Part shown: positions 38,192-47,599 of the stretch, in pieces
Layout: each line of letters opens with the position of its first letter
Position numbering within the stretch: position 1 is the stretch's first letter
Assembly (NCBI GenBank): GCA_964641015.1
Contig: CAZXJN010000005.1
Location: 1 to 54,693, forward strand
DNA: 54,693 bases
DNA from: an uncultured Candidatus Saccharibacteria bacterium
GTDB lineage: Bacteria; Patescibacteriota; Saccharimonadia; Saccharimonadales; JACDBH01
Direction of reading: 5' to 3'
Translations under genes and position numbers: made by a program
Notes under the pieces: model-generated
Told to the model about the DNA's origin: nothing
Databases searched by the model: none
The model's input: only the letters and a program-made list of their open reading frames with translations

Positions 38192-39973
38192 TTAATCACG
38201 CTTCAACATAACAGTGAAGGCTTCGGCTGGGATATCTACTTTACCAAAGCGCTTCAGGCGCTCTTTGCCCTTCTTCTGCTTGGCCAGCACTTTTTTCTTG
38301 CGTGATACATCGCCGCCGTATAGGCCGCTGGTCACATCCTTGCGGAATGCGCTAATGTCCTCGCGAGCAATGAACCGCCCGCCGATAGCAGCCTGCAGCG
38401 CGACCTTGAAATTCTGCCGCGGAATAACCTCTTTGAGCTTAGCAACGGTTTCACGACCCAAGGCGTTTGCCTCAGAGCGATGCGCCATTACGCTAAGAGC
38501 GCCAACCATCTCGCCCGCCACATAAAAATCAACCCGCACTAGATCCTCCTCGCGGTAATTGCCCAGCTCGTAATTGAACGAACCATAGCCGCTGGTTACG
38601 CTCTTTAGCTGGTCGTAAAAATCAGTCAACAGATTGGCCAGCGGCGCTTCAAACGTCACAAGCGCCAGCTGTGCATCAACGTAGCTCAGGCCTTTTTGCA
38701 GGCCGCGCTTGGACGATATCAGCTGAATCACTGCCCCTACATACTCCTTAGGCACCACGATTTCACCGTTGATCCATGGCTCGGCTATAGTGGCTACCTG
38801 CGCTATATCCGGCAAGCTGCTGGCAGATTTAATATTGACCTGCTCGCCATTATTAAGCGTCACGTGGTAATCAGTACTAGGATTGGTAACAATCAGACTC
38901 AGCCCGTATTCACGCTCCAGGCGTTCACGGACAATCTCCATATGAAGCAGTCCCAAGAATCCGACTCGCACCCCAAATCCAAGCACCGGTGAATTTTCTG
39001 GCTCGTACTGCAGCGCTGAGTCGCTCAGGCTCAGCTTTTCGATAGCTTCTTTTAGTTCATTATAAAATTCATTGCTCTCAGGGAAAATACCCGCATACAC
39101 AAACGGCTTGACTTCTTTGTAGCCGGGGAGCGGTGCGGCGGCAGCCTTTTTACTCAGCGTAACTGTGTCGCCCACCTTTGCCTCACGGGTTGATTTGAGG
39201 TTAGTCACAATGTAGCCGATTTCACCAGTCTGCAGCGATGGCGTGGGTGACATGCCAGGATTTAGCTTACCCACCTCTAGAGCAATCCCATGACTCTGCG
39301 TGCCCATCATCGTGATATCCGAATTCTTTGTAATTTCGCCGTCGACGATTCGCACGTAGAGCACTACCCCACGATAATCATCGTAGTAGCTATCAAAAAT
39401 TAACGCTCGTGTCTCGCTGTCGGTTGACCCTGCAGGCGGCTCGACTCGTTCTACCACCGCATCCAACACCGCCTGCACCCCTTCGCCTGTCTTGGCAGAA
39501 ATATGCAAAATTTCACTCTCGTCACAACCAAGCAAGCTGATCACCTCTGCGCTCACACGCGGTACATCTGCGGCCGGCAAATCGATTTTGTTGAGCACAG
39601 GAATGATCTTTAGATCGGCTGCAATCGCCAGGTATACGTTTGCAAGTGTCTGCGCCTGTATCCCTTGGCTCGCGTCCACCACCAGTATTGCCCCCTCGCA
39701 TGCTTCGAGACTGCGCGAAACTTCATAGCTAAAATCTACATGCCCCGGGGTATCAATAAGATTAAGTTGAAACTCCTTATACTGCATCTGAACAGGAGTA
39801 AGTTTGATCGTAATCCCCTTTTCTCGCTCCAAATCCATTCCGTCAAGCAGCTGCGCCTTCATATCGCGCTTTTGCACCGTGCTGGTCAGCTCAAGCAATC
39901 GATCAGCAAGCGTAGATTTGCCATGATCAATATGCGCAATAATACAAAAGTTTCGAATATGATTCTGGCTCAC
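38192..39973 (-). CDS. lepA: Translation elongation factor 4 (LepA)
   Basis: AHIDHGKSTLADR, DTPGHVDF, NKID, GFLGLLH, KQKKGKERLK..G.V. Confidence 0.98.
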   Translation of the reverse strand: MSQNHIRNFCIIAHIDHGKSTLADRLLELTSTVQKRDMKAQLLDGMDLEREKGITIKLTPVQMQYKEFQLNLIDTPGHVDFSYEVSRSLEACEGAILVVDASQGIQAQTLANVYLAIAADLKIIPVLNKIDLPAADVPRVSAEVISLLGCDESEILHISAKTGEGVQAVLDAVVERVEPPAGSTDSETRALIFDSYYDDYRGVVLYVRIVDGEITKNSDITMMGTQSHGIALEVGKLNPGMSPTPSLQTGEIGYIVTNLKSTREAKVGDTVTLSKKAAAAPLPGYKEVKPFVYAGIFPESNEFYNELKEAIEKLSLSDSALQYEPENSPVLGFGVRVGFLGLLHMEIVRERLEREYGLSLIVTNPSTDYHVTLNNGEQVNIKSASSLPDIAQVATIAEPWINGEIVVPKEYVGAVIQLISSKRGLQKGLSYVDAQLALVTFEAPLANLLTDFYDQLKSVTSGYGSFNYELGNYREEDLVRVDFYVAGEMVGALSVMAHRSEANALGRETVAKLKEVIPRQNFKVALQAAIGGRFIAREDISAFRKDVTSGLYGGDVSRKKKVLAKQKKGKERLKRFGKVDIPAEAFTVMLKRD

Positions 39974-40213
39974 GCCCTACCTCCAATCAAAAAGGGTAGT
40001 CCGATAAAATGCACTCTCTTTTGCTGATCCATTAAAGAGCCGAGAACGGGTACCTCGACAGTCAAGCGTGCAATAGAACGAAAATTTCGTATACATATAT
40101 GAGATTGGTTCATTTTTATCATTATAACAGAGGTCAATGAAAGAAACTAGAAAACAGTAAAGAGAATCTGGCAAACCACCACAAAAGCTACTCGACCTTG
40201 CTTTACCCGCCCT

Positions 40214-41845
40214 CTACCAATCGATATGGATTGGTTTGAGCAGCACTCGTGAAAAATGCTTGAGCTTGCGAATCACCGGAAACGCTTCTTCTAACCCGAA
40301 CAGCCAAGACAGGCTCAAGTGGGTGGCCCCCGTTACTAACGTGATGAGTGACAGCTTTACTCCTAGTGTGACGAATCCAGCATCGCCCGCCTGCAACGGA
40401 AATATCTGCACCATAATATAAGCTGCCACAATACTAAACCCTGTCACCGACATAATGCGCCACACCCCGCTCCAGAATTCTCTGTCAAACAGCTTTATAT
40501 CTTTTGACACCATAATTGTCCCGAGGATAAATACCTCGACTGAGGCTACGATCGACTGCGCCATCGCCAGCCCTGCTACACCGTAATTCCATGGCCGGGA
40601 CAGCTGCCACGCCAGAAAGATGTTCAACGCAATCGCAAAAATCGACACAAAAAGCGGCGTCCAGGTGTCCTTTTGCGCATAAAAATAGCGTGACACGATA
40701 GAATAAATTACCCGGAAAAATATCGCCACGGTAAGGAATCCGAATATTGCTGCAATCTCCGGCGCATCACGACTGAAGATAATGCGCGCCAAATATCCAC
40801 GAGCAAAGAACGCCACCACCACGACTGGTACGGTGATCCAAATCATAATGCGTAGTATCTGCAGAAATTCTTTGCGAAACAAGTCACGCCGCCCCTGAGA
40901 TAGTCGCTCGCTCATGCGTGGGAATGCCGCGGTTGATATCGCCGAACCAATCAGCAAAATCGGTGCTGTATGCAGCACATACGCATTTTCGTAGTAGCTG
41001 AGATAGCCCGTTCCGAGCCGCCTGGCAAAATTTGTCTCGACAATTGAGTTGATCGAATCCAAACCCTGGTCAATCGAGCGTGGCGGCAGCTGCCGCAGCA
41101 CTTTACGAAAATGCAACGAACCAAAATTAATCCGCGGGCGCCAGCGGAACTTCAGACCGCCCATACCAAAAAACACCACCAGCAGCTGCAGCACCGCACC
41201 TAGTAGCGCTCCCACGCCGAGACCCACCAGCCCCAGGCCGCCTGGCCCGCCGTTATTGGGCTCGACATTGCTAAACACCATCGCCGCGATAATAATACTC
41301 AAGTTGTAAAACAACGGGGCCACCGCATAGAAAAAAAACCGCCCCATCGTCTGCTGCGTCGCCGTCAGAATACCGGTGATGGTGAACAGCAGCGGATTAA
41401 ATGCAATCAACCGCATGATAACCACCGCATTATTCAGCTGCTCCGGTGACATATTCGGCGCCACCACGTAGTGGATTAACTGTTCGGCAAAGACAAACAA
41501 AATCAGCCCCACAAACACCATAACAATCGCCAGCAAGTTGAGCAGGCTCGAAGAAAGCTCCCACGCCCCCTTACGATCCTTCTCCTCTAGCCGGTCAGCC
41601 AGCACGGGTATAAACGCGACACCCAGCGCTCCTGCCGCAACCGTATAGAAGAAAAAGTCAGGGATTTTAAACGCAGCAAAAAACGCATCAGTGCTATTTG
41701 GACCCAGCGCATCAAAGTTGGCATTAATGAATTTAACCCTGAGAAACCCGAGCACTTGCCCGATCATCGCCGTCACGACCAACAGAATCGCCGCACCACC
41801 GACGGTCACTTTTTTATTTGCACGGTTAAGAATTCGGCTTTTCAT
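40214..41845 (-). CDS. murJ: Lipid II flippase MurJ (MviN)
   Basis: DAFFAAFKIPD, GALGVAFIP, STAAFPRMS, RYFYAQKDTWTP; about 14 TMs. Confidence 0.92.
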   Translation of the reverse strand: MKSRILNRANKKVTVGGAAILLVVTAMIGQVLGFLRVKFINANFDALGPNSTDAFFAAFKIPDFFFYTVAAGALGVAFIPVLADRLEEKDRKGAWELSSSLLNLLAIVMVFVGLILFVFAEQLIHYVVAPNMSPEQLNNAVVIMRLIAFNPLLFTITGILTATQQTMGRFFFYAVAPLFYNLSIIIAAMVFSNVEPNNGGPGGLGLVGLGVGALLGAVLQLLVVFFGMGGLKFRWRPRINFGSLHFRKVLRQLPPRSIDQGLDSINSIVETNFARRLGTGYLSYYENAYVLHTAPILLIGSAISTAAFPRMSERLSQGRRDLFRKEFLQILRIMIWITVPVVVVAFFARGYLARIIFSRDAPEIAAIFGFLTVAIFFRVIYSIVSRYFYAQKDTWTPLFVSIFAIALNIFLAWQLSRPWNYGVAGLAMAQSIVASVEVFILGTIMVSKDIKLFDREFWSGVWRIMSVTGFSIVAAYIMVQIFPLQAGDAGFVTLGVKLSLITLVTGATHLSLSWLFGLEEAFPVIRKLKHFSRVLLKPIHIDW

Positions 41846-42031
41846 TCACCTCTATTATGGCGGAGCTCGCCTCACTTTACCAGAAAAAACCCCAGGTTTA
41901 GAGCAGAGCGCCTCGCATTATCTCGATATACTAGGGTTTACATACCATCTTCCAGACCCTGGTCGCGGAAAAATATTTCTAAAAGCTGGCAGGGAATCGC
42001 CGCTCCCTGAGAGCCGGCATGCTAGATATCT

Positions 42032-43906
42032 CTAATACAGAGCGGCTTCTTTGGGCATCTTGGACCCGTCAAGAATCTTCAGCACCTCATCCGCCTCGAC
42101 TGTCTCTTTCTCGAGCAGCTCGTCCTTGAGCGCCTCGAGCTTGTCGAGATTAGCCTCGATGACCATCCGCGCCCGATCGGCTGCTTCGGTAATCAAATGT
42201 TCGACTTCATCATCAATCAGCTTGGCGGTCTCGTCAGAGAATTGCTTGTCATGCACCATGCGGTCAATCATCATGCCTTCTTCGACGCGGAAAACTTGAT
42301 TGCGCAGCTTGCCACTGCCCATGCCTTGGTTGATGACCATTTCGCGAGCCAGTTCAGCAGACTTCTGCAAATCAGACCCCGCACCAGTCGTCACTCGATC
42401 ACGGCCATATTTAACCTCTTCGGCAATTCGCCCCCCAAGCATTCGCGCCAAAATATCCTTGTACTCGATGACGCTGTGATAACTCTTGTCCTCGGGCGGG
42501 ATAAACCATGTCACGCCGCCTGTGCCACCACGTGGGATAATCGTAACCTTGTGCACCATATCGCTGTCTGGCAGGACATGGCCGACAATGGCGTGCCCAG
42601 CTTCATGGTAAGCGGTCATCTCTTTGTCCTTTTCGGACATAATCTTGCTCTTGCGCTCTGGGCCAATTGCTACCTTCTCAAACGCATTAGTCACATCTGC
42701 CTGTGTGATCTCCTTACGGTTGTCACGCGCCGCGAGAATAGCTGCTTCGTTGGCAATATTGCTTAGGTCCGCACCACTGCTGCCTGCCGTCTTTGCAGCC
42801 AGAGCGTCCAGGTCAACGTTCTTAGCGATAGGCTTTTTGTCAAAATGAACCTTTAGAATTGCTTCGCGGTCCTTGCGGTCAGGCAAACCGATATTGACAC
42901 GTCGGTCAAATCGACCGGGACGCAGCAGGGCAGGGTCAAGCACATCTGCACGGTTGGTTGCCGCTAATACAATCACGTTTGTGCCTTGTTCAAACCCGTC
43001 CATCTCTACCAATATTTGGTTAAGCGTCTGCTCGCGCTCGTCATGACCGCCTCCCATACCGGAGCCGCGGCGGCGTCCGACCGCATCTATTTCGTCAACA
43101 AAGATGATACATGGCGCGTTCTTTTTCGCCTTTGCAAACAAATCACGAACACGACTTGCACCAACACCTACGAACATCTCCACGAACTCCGAGCCGCTAA
43201 TACTGAAGAATGGCGTGTCAGCCTCGCCGGCTACCGCCCGAGCAAGCATCGTCTTACCAGTGCCCGGAGGCCCTACCAGCAGCACGCCCTTTGGAATACG
43301 CGCGCCGACGCCTTCAAATTTCTTTGGATATTTGAGGAACTCGACAATCTCCTGCAGGTCCTGTTTTGGTTCATCAGAGCCAGCAATATCCTTAAAGGTA
43401 ACCTTGTTCTTTTCGTTACCGTAGAGTTTTGCCCGGCTTTTGCCAAAGCTCATCGCTTGATTTCCCTGACCCTGCGCACTCCTGAGCATAAAGAACAAAA
43501 TGAACCCGATGAGAATAACCGGCAACAGCGCTATCCCTAGCTGAGCCAGCACACCGCCGCCTTCGCTCGGTGTTTCGTATTCGATTTCTACTTTCTCGGT
43601 GTCAATACCATCCTCAGCAATGGTTGAGTTCGGATCTTTTTGCGACTCAATACTAGGTGAATCTTCACCATCTTTGGTGACCTCTACCCGACTGCCGGCA
43701 ATTGTCAGCTTGTCGTATTTGCCCTCGTTGGCTTCAGTAACTACCTGACTATACGGCTTGCGCTCAAGCTGGCTTGGTTGATTGTAGGCAGCAAATACAA
43801 CAGCGCCAATTAAAATAAGCATCGCTATAAAACCGACGTTTTTCATGCCGCGCTTGTTATTGTTACCTCCTGGTGTTTTGTTCGGACGGAACGATTTTTT
43901 CTCCAT
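42032..43906 (-). CDS. ftsH: ATP-dependent metalloprotease FtsH
   Basis: Two TMs, [25 protein letters not shown]. Confidence 0.98.
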   Translation of the reverse strand: MEKKSFRPNKTPGGNNNKRGMKNVGFIAMLILIGAVVFAAYNQPSQLERKPYSQVVTEANEGKYDKLTIAGSRVEVTKDGEDSPSIESQKDPNSTIAEDGIDTEKVEIEYETPSEGGGVLAQLGIALLPVILIGFILFFMLRSAQGQGNQAMSFGKSRAKLYGNEKNKVTFKDIAGSDEPKQDLQEIVEFLKYPKKFEGVGARIPKGVLLVGPPGTGKTMLARAVAGEADTPFFSISGSEFVEMFVGVGASRVRDLFAKAKKNAPCIIFVDEIDAVGRRRGSGMGGGHDEREQTLNQILVEMDGFEQGTNVIVLAATNRADVLDPALLRPGRFDRRVNIGLPDRKDREAILKVHFDKKPIAKNVDLDALAAKTAGSSGADLSNIANEAAILAARDNRKEITQADVTNAFEKVAIGPERKSKIMSEKDKEMTAYHEAGHAIVGHVLPDSDMVHKVTIIPRGGTGGVTWFIPPEDKSYHSVIEYKDILARMLGGRIAEEVKYGRDRVTTGAGSDLQKSAELAREMVINQGMGSGKLRNQVFRVEEGMMIDRMVHDKQFSDETAKLIDDEVEHLITEAADRARMVIEANLDKLEALKDELLEKETVEADEVLKILDGSKMPKEAALY

Positions 43907-43940
43907 AGCACTCCATTATACAGATGTCGTTATCTTGTGA

Positions 43941-44864
43941 CTACTGTGTAATTCTTACGAATTCTACATCACGCTTGCTGAATCTAACCTTAGAATTCGC
44001 ATCAAGCAACATCTCAGTATGCGGCTGCGCCGTGCGAATTGCAACAGTCAGCCTGTCTACGAGCCAGCGATTAAAGCCACGCTTGCCGTTCCCGCGCAGC
44101 CACTCCGCTACCAGCTCGGCGGCAACCTTGTAGGGCAAATGTACAACATCTGACCGCCTGAGCGCCGTGCGTTTTGGCTGCACATGCAGCATTGTTTCCA
44201 GATGCTTGTCGATGGCATTATTAATTTCGCGCTGCCGCCTGAGCAGTGCGATAAGCTTCTGATAATCACGGGGTGACTTTTGTTTCGCACGGTTAATCAC
44301 ACTATGGCGTACATAGTTGCGACGATACTTCTGGTCAGTATTGGTGCTGTCCTCGTTCCAGACCAGGCCGTTTGCTTCGGCGTATGAGCGGATTATCTGT
44401 TTTGGAGTATTTAGGAATGGCCGGTATATGCCGCCTTGGTTTTTCAGAGATGACAGGCCCTTCCTGCCGGTACCACGGATCAGGTTAAGAATTGCTGTCT
44501 CTACCACATCATCGTGGTGGTGGGCGGTGACTATACCCCGGGCGCCGCTATGGCTTTGGACTTTCCTTAGGAATTCATAACGTGCCCGTCGGGCCAGGTC
44601 CTCGCTGGCATCGTGCCCTAGCTTGCCCTCTTCAAAAACGAACGGCAGGCCAAGCTTCCTGGCAACTTCGCTTACTAATTGCCTGTCCAGATGCGAATCA
44701 TCCCGTATCCCATGGTCAAAATGTGCTGCCGTGAACCTTAAAGGAACAGATTTGTCATGATGATGCTGGGCCAGGATATGCATAAGCGTCATCGAATCAA
44801 CGCCGCCGCTCACTGCGACAACATAGTGGCCTGGGTCTAGTTTGATTGCTTTTGTGATATCCAT
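43941..44864 (-). CDS. tilS: tRNA(Ile2)-lysidine synthetase TilS
   Basis: AVSGGVDS, HFDHGIR, RRARYEFL, TAHHHDD, RGTG, DSTN...RNYVRH. Confidence 0.95.
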   Translation of the reverse strand: MDITKAIKLDPGHYVVAVSGGVDSMTLMHILAQHHHDKSVPLRFTAAHFDHGIRDDSHLDRQLVSEVARKLGLPFVFEEGKLGHDASEDLARRARYEFLRKVQSHSGARGIVTAHHHDDVVETAILNLIRGTGRKGLSSLKNQGGIYRPFLNTPKQIIRSYAEANGLVWNEDSTNTDQKYRRNYVRHSVINRAKQKSPRDYQKLIALLRRQREINNAIDKHLETMLHVQPKRTALRRSDVVHLPYKVAAELVAEWLRGNGKRGFNRWLVDRLTVAIRTAQPHTEMLLDANSKVRFSKRDVEFVRITQ

Positions 44865-44924
44865 CCTACTCACATAATAATCTAAAACTACTCTATTTGC
44901 TTATGCTATATGGATTTTTGGGTA

Positions 44925-46523
44925 CTAAACCGTGAGCTCAAACTCTTCGATGCCGCCTTCGGACGGAATCAGGTCAGGCGAGCGGTCCGGCAGGAACCTC
45001 CAGGCAATACAAGCGGCCGTAAATATAAGCCCGGCGCTAATAAGCAATGAGAAGTGATAGCCTCCCATCCAGGCATCCTTGGCCGCGTCTGCAAGAGCAG
45101 CCCCTGCTTCACCGCCGACTCCCTCAGCGGCATACAAAGCGCCGGCCAGTGACTGTTCGGCAGCGGTACGGGCGGCTTCTGGCAGCCCTGCCAATGCTGA
45201 CGTAATCCTGCTGCTGTAATTGGACGCCAGCATAGAGCCAAGCACGGCGATGCCTAATGCTCCGCCTAGTTCGCGCGAGGTATCATTCATGGCCGATCCC
45301 ATTCCAGCCCGGTTACGCGGCACCGATGACATCAGCAGATCGGTTGTCGGCGACATTGCAAAGCTCATGCCTAGAGCCAGTACGACCATATTGACTATCA
45401 CGTAGCTGAATGAGGTATCAGCCGTAATCTGCGACATCAGAAACGTACCAAAGGCCACTACGAACATGCCGGCAGCTACCGTCCGCCGCTTGCCGAATTT
45501 GTCAACAACCTTAGGCGACTGCGGCGCGAATATCATCATAGTAAAGGCCACCGGCAGCATCCTGAAAGCCGCTTCCAGCGGCGTAAATCCAAACACCAGC
45601 TGAAGCAGCTGGCTCATATTAAAGAAAATTCCCATCAGCGAGAAAAACACCAGCGTCAGCACCAGCGCGCTGACACCAAAAGCCGGCTTTTTAAATAAAT
45701 TCACATCAAGCATCGGCTGTTTGTTGCGCCGCTCCCACCAGACAAAACCAATAAGAGCCAAAACGCCCAGCCCGCCAATCAGCAGGGTCTGCGGTGATGT
45801 CCAGCCGTTATGCGGCGCCTCGATAATCGCGTACACAAGCGAAACCAGCCCGACGATAGACAGCACCGCGCCAACTGGATCAAGCGGTGAATGGTCGGGG
45901 TCGGCTGTCCGCGGTACCAGCAGAATACCGGCCAGGAGCGTCACCGCGATAATCGGCACATTAATAAAGAACACCGCATGCCAGCTGAAATTCTCCAGTA
46001 CAAGGCCGGTTACCAACGGGCCGAAGGCGACGCCAGCGCCGCTTACGCCCGCCCACACGCCGACTGCTTTCGGCCGCTCCTCAGCTGGAAAAACATTAGT
46101 CAAAATCGACAGGGTGGCCGGCATAATCATAGCTCCTGCCAGTCCCATTACCGCCCGGGCGGCAATCAGCTCATTGGCCGTAGTTGCAGCAGTTGCCGCA
46201 AACAAAGAACCCCCGGCGAACAGCACTAGCCCTGCCTGCAGGATGCCTTTGCGGCCGAACCTGTCGCCAAGCGCCCCCATCGTAAACAGCATGCCGGCAA
46301 ATACCAGGGAATATGAGTCGACCAGCCACTGAAGCTGGGCATTGGTAGCCTGGAGATCGCGCGCCAGTACCGGCAGCGCCACGTTCAGCGCCGTATTGCC
46401 GACCATTACCACAATCAGCGACAAACAAAGTACGCCTAATGTGTACCAGCGGCGCTTGTAAACTCTCTCTGGGATATAATCACGGCGGCGTATCAGCCTA
46501 ACCCTAGACCTAAGAAACTCCAT
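44925..46523 (-). CDS. DHA2 (EmrB/QacA-type, 14-TM) MFS efflux transporter
   Basis: GALGDRFGRK motif A, ARAVMGLAGA, GPLVTG, FFINVPI, GGALGIAVLG. Confidence 0.93.
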   Translation of the reverse strand: MEFLRSRVRLIRRRDYIPERVYKRRWYTLGVLCLSLIVVMVGNTALNVALPVLARDLQATNAQLQWLVDSYSLVFAGMLFTMGALGDRFGRKGILQAGLVLFAGGSLFAATAATTANELIAARAVMGLAGAMIMPATLSILTNVFPAEERPKAVGVWAGVSGAGVAFGPLVTGLVLENFSWHAVFFINVPIIAVTLLAGILLVPRTADPDHSPLDPVGAVLSIVGLVSLVYAIIEAPHNGWTSPQTLLIGGLGVLALIGFVWWERRNKQPMLDVNLFKKPAFGVSALVLTLVFFSLMGIFFNMSQLLQLVFGFTPLEAAFRMLPVAFTMMIFAPQSPKVVDKFGKRRTVAAGMFVVAFGTFLMSQITADTSFSYVIVNMVVLALGMSFAMSPTTDLLMSSVPRNRAGMGSAMNDTSRELGGALGIAVLGSMLASNYSSRITSALAGLPEAARTAAEQSLAGALYAAEGVGGEAGAALADAAKDAWMGGYHFSLLISAGLIFTAACIAWRFLPDRSPDLIPSEGGIEEFELTV

Positions 46524-46561
46524 TTTTTCCTTTCGTTCTTCCCTGTTTTTTGTATGCTGTA

Positions 46562-46580
46562 TACTATATAAAGTATAGTA
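46562..46580. promoter_or_regulatory. Candidate operator in the divergent MFS/HxlR promoter region
   Basis: Inverted repeat TACTATA-taaag-TATAGTA. Confidence 0.4.
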
Positions 46581-46624
46581 AAGACGAAAGATATAGTAGC
46601 ACCCGCAGTGCCCGTATGTAAAGC

Positions 46625-46996
46625 ATGGAAGATTCTGATTTTGATGAATTAGTCTGCAGGCTCCAGCAGGACGACGGCCCCTTCCAGGAGCTTAAATCCA
46701 CGCTAAAAATCATCGGCGACAAATGGTCGGTTTTGATCCTCGTCTGCATATTCAATCGTATAAGCCGGTTCCACGAAATTGAAGAAGCCCTGCCGAATCT
46801 AAATCCCCGCACGCTATCTAAGCGGCTGAAGAATCTTGAGGCCAACGGGCTGATCACCAAGCAGGTCTTCCGCGAATTCCCGCCGCGCACCGTCTACAAC
46901 CCGACGCAAAAGGCCCATGATTTGCGCGCGGCAATCACCGAGCTTCGCAAATGGGCCCGCAAATACCACCGCGAAGATCGCACAGGCTGGGCTTAG
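46625..46996 (+). CDS. HxlR-family winged-helix transcriptional regulator
   Basis: IIGDKWSVLIL, RFHEI, RTLSKRLK.LE..GLI, PPRT.Y. Confidence 0.93.
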   Translation: MEDSDFDELVCRLQQDDGPFQELKSTLKIIGDKWSVLILVCIFNRISRFHEIEEALPNLNPRTLSKRLKNLEANGLITKQVFREFPPRTVYNPTQKAHDLRAAITELRKWARKYHREDRTGWA

Positions 46997-47042
46997 TTTG
47001 CGGGGGCTAGATTTTAGGCTGGATATATGCTATATTTACCCC

Positions 47043-47251
47043 TGTTCCTCAGCAATGTTTTCAAGAATTCGGGAGGAGGAAGCTCACTAGGGATTTCTAA
47101 AACTGCCCCCGTACATATGTTTGTCTAAACAAGTTTTTCAAACCAAGCGGCCTGTCCGCTGTTTGGAAAACTTAGAGGAGAAACATAGGCACTAGGCCGA
47201 AGCTTTTGACGGTTTGCCGGCAAAACGAGGCAGGTGCGTGAGTTTCGACGA
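47043..47251 (+). ncRNA. Highly structured unannotated RNA/leader abutting the split tRNA
   Basis: Extended -10 TGcTATATT at 47028-47036; stems 47079-87/47238-46, 47117-22/47181-86, 47131-37/47167-73, 47146-50/47156-60. Confidence 0.45.
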
Positions 47252-47529
47252 GGCAAGGTAGCTCAGTTGGTTAGAGCACAGTGATTTAAAAATCTGTTTT
47301 GGGGCGGCGTAGCTCAGTTGGTTAGAGCACAGGACTCATAAGCCTGGGGTCACTGGTTCAAGTCCAGTCGCCGCTACCAAAATAGGTTTTTAAGCAAGAC
47401 TCATAATCGAGCGATTAGCGAGATTATATGCAGAACCCAAGAAATCCATTCCATAGAAAAGAAATAGATTTCTTGGCGTGAAGCTATATAAGCCTGGGGT
47501 CGCGGGTTCAAGTCCCGCCCTTGCTACCA
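47252..47529 (+). tRNA. Split tRNA(CAU): segments 47252-47281 + 47398-47405 + 47491-47529 join into a 77-nt tRNA
   Basis: Acceptor GGCAAGG/CCTTGCT-A-CCA, intact D and T arms; joined anticodon arm identical to the inner tRNA. Confidence 0.7.
47303..47379 (+). tRNA. tRNA-Met(CAT), elongator-like, nested inside the split tRNA
   Basis: GGCGGCG...CTCATAA...GGTTCAAGTCC...CGCCGCT-A-CCA, 77 nt; G1:U72, A31:G39 mismatch. Confidence 0.93.
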
Positions 47530-47559
47530 GAATTTTTTAATGAATTTCGACTGAAGAAT

Positions 47560-47591
47560 GGTCACTGGTTCAAATCCAGTCGCCGCTACCA
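47560..47591 (+). repeat. 32-nt copy of the 3' end of the inner tRNA-Met (att-like)
   Basis: GGTCACTGGTTCAAATCCAGTCGCCGCTACCA versus 47348-47379, one mismatch in the T-loop. Confidence 0.85.
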
Positions 47592-47599
47592 GAAAAATC

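Noticed and set aside
37981-38305. 72-aa and 98-aa ORFs in the lepA/gmk gap
   Set aside because: No RBS or recognisable composition; the interval has only short hairpins that I could not tie to a function.
47043-47251. tmRNA, RNase P, SRP or T-box identity
   Set aside because: No G3:U70 tRNA-like domain with tag ORF, no GAAAGUC/P4 signature, no SRP GGAA-AGCAG loop, no T-box UGGNACC seen.
47270-47500. Archaeal-type bulge-helix-bulge motifs at the insert junctions
   Set aside because: Manual pairing gives only 2 of 4 central-helix pairs at 29/30 and 1 of 4 at 37/38; no canonical BHB.
47252-47591. CRISPR array suggested by repeated ~30-nt blocks
   Set aside because: The repeats are tRNA segments with irregular spacing, and no cas genes are in the window.
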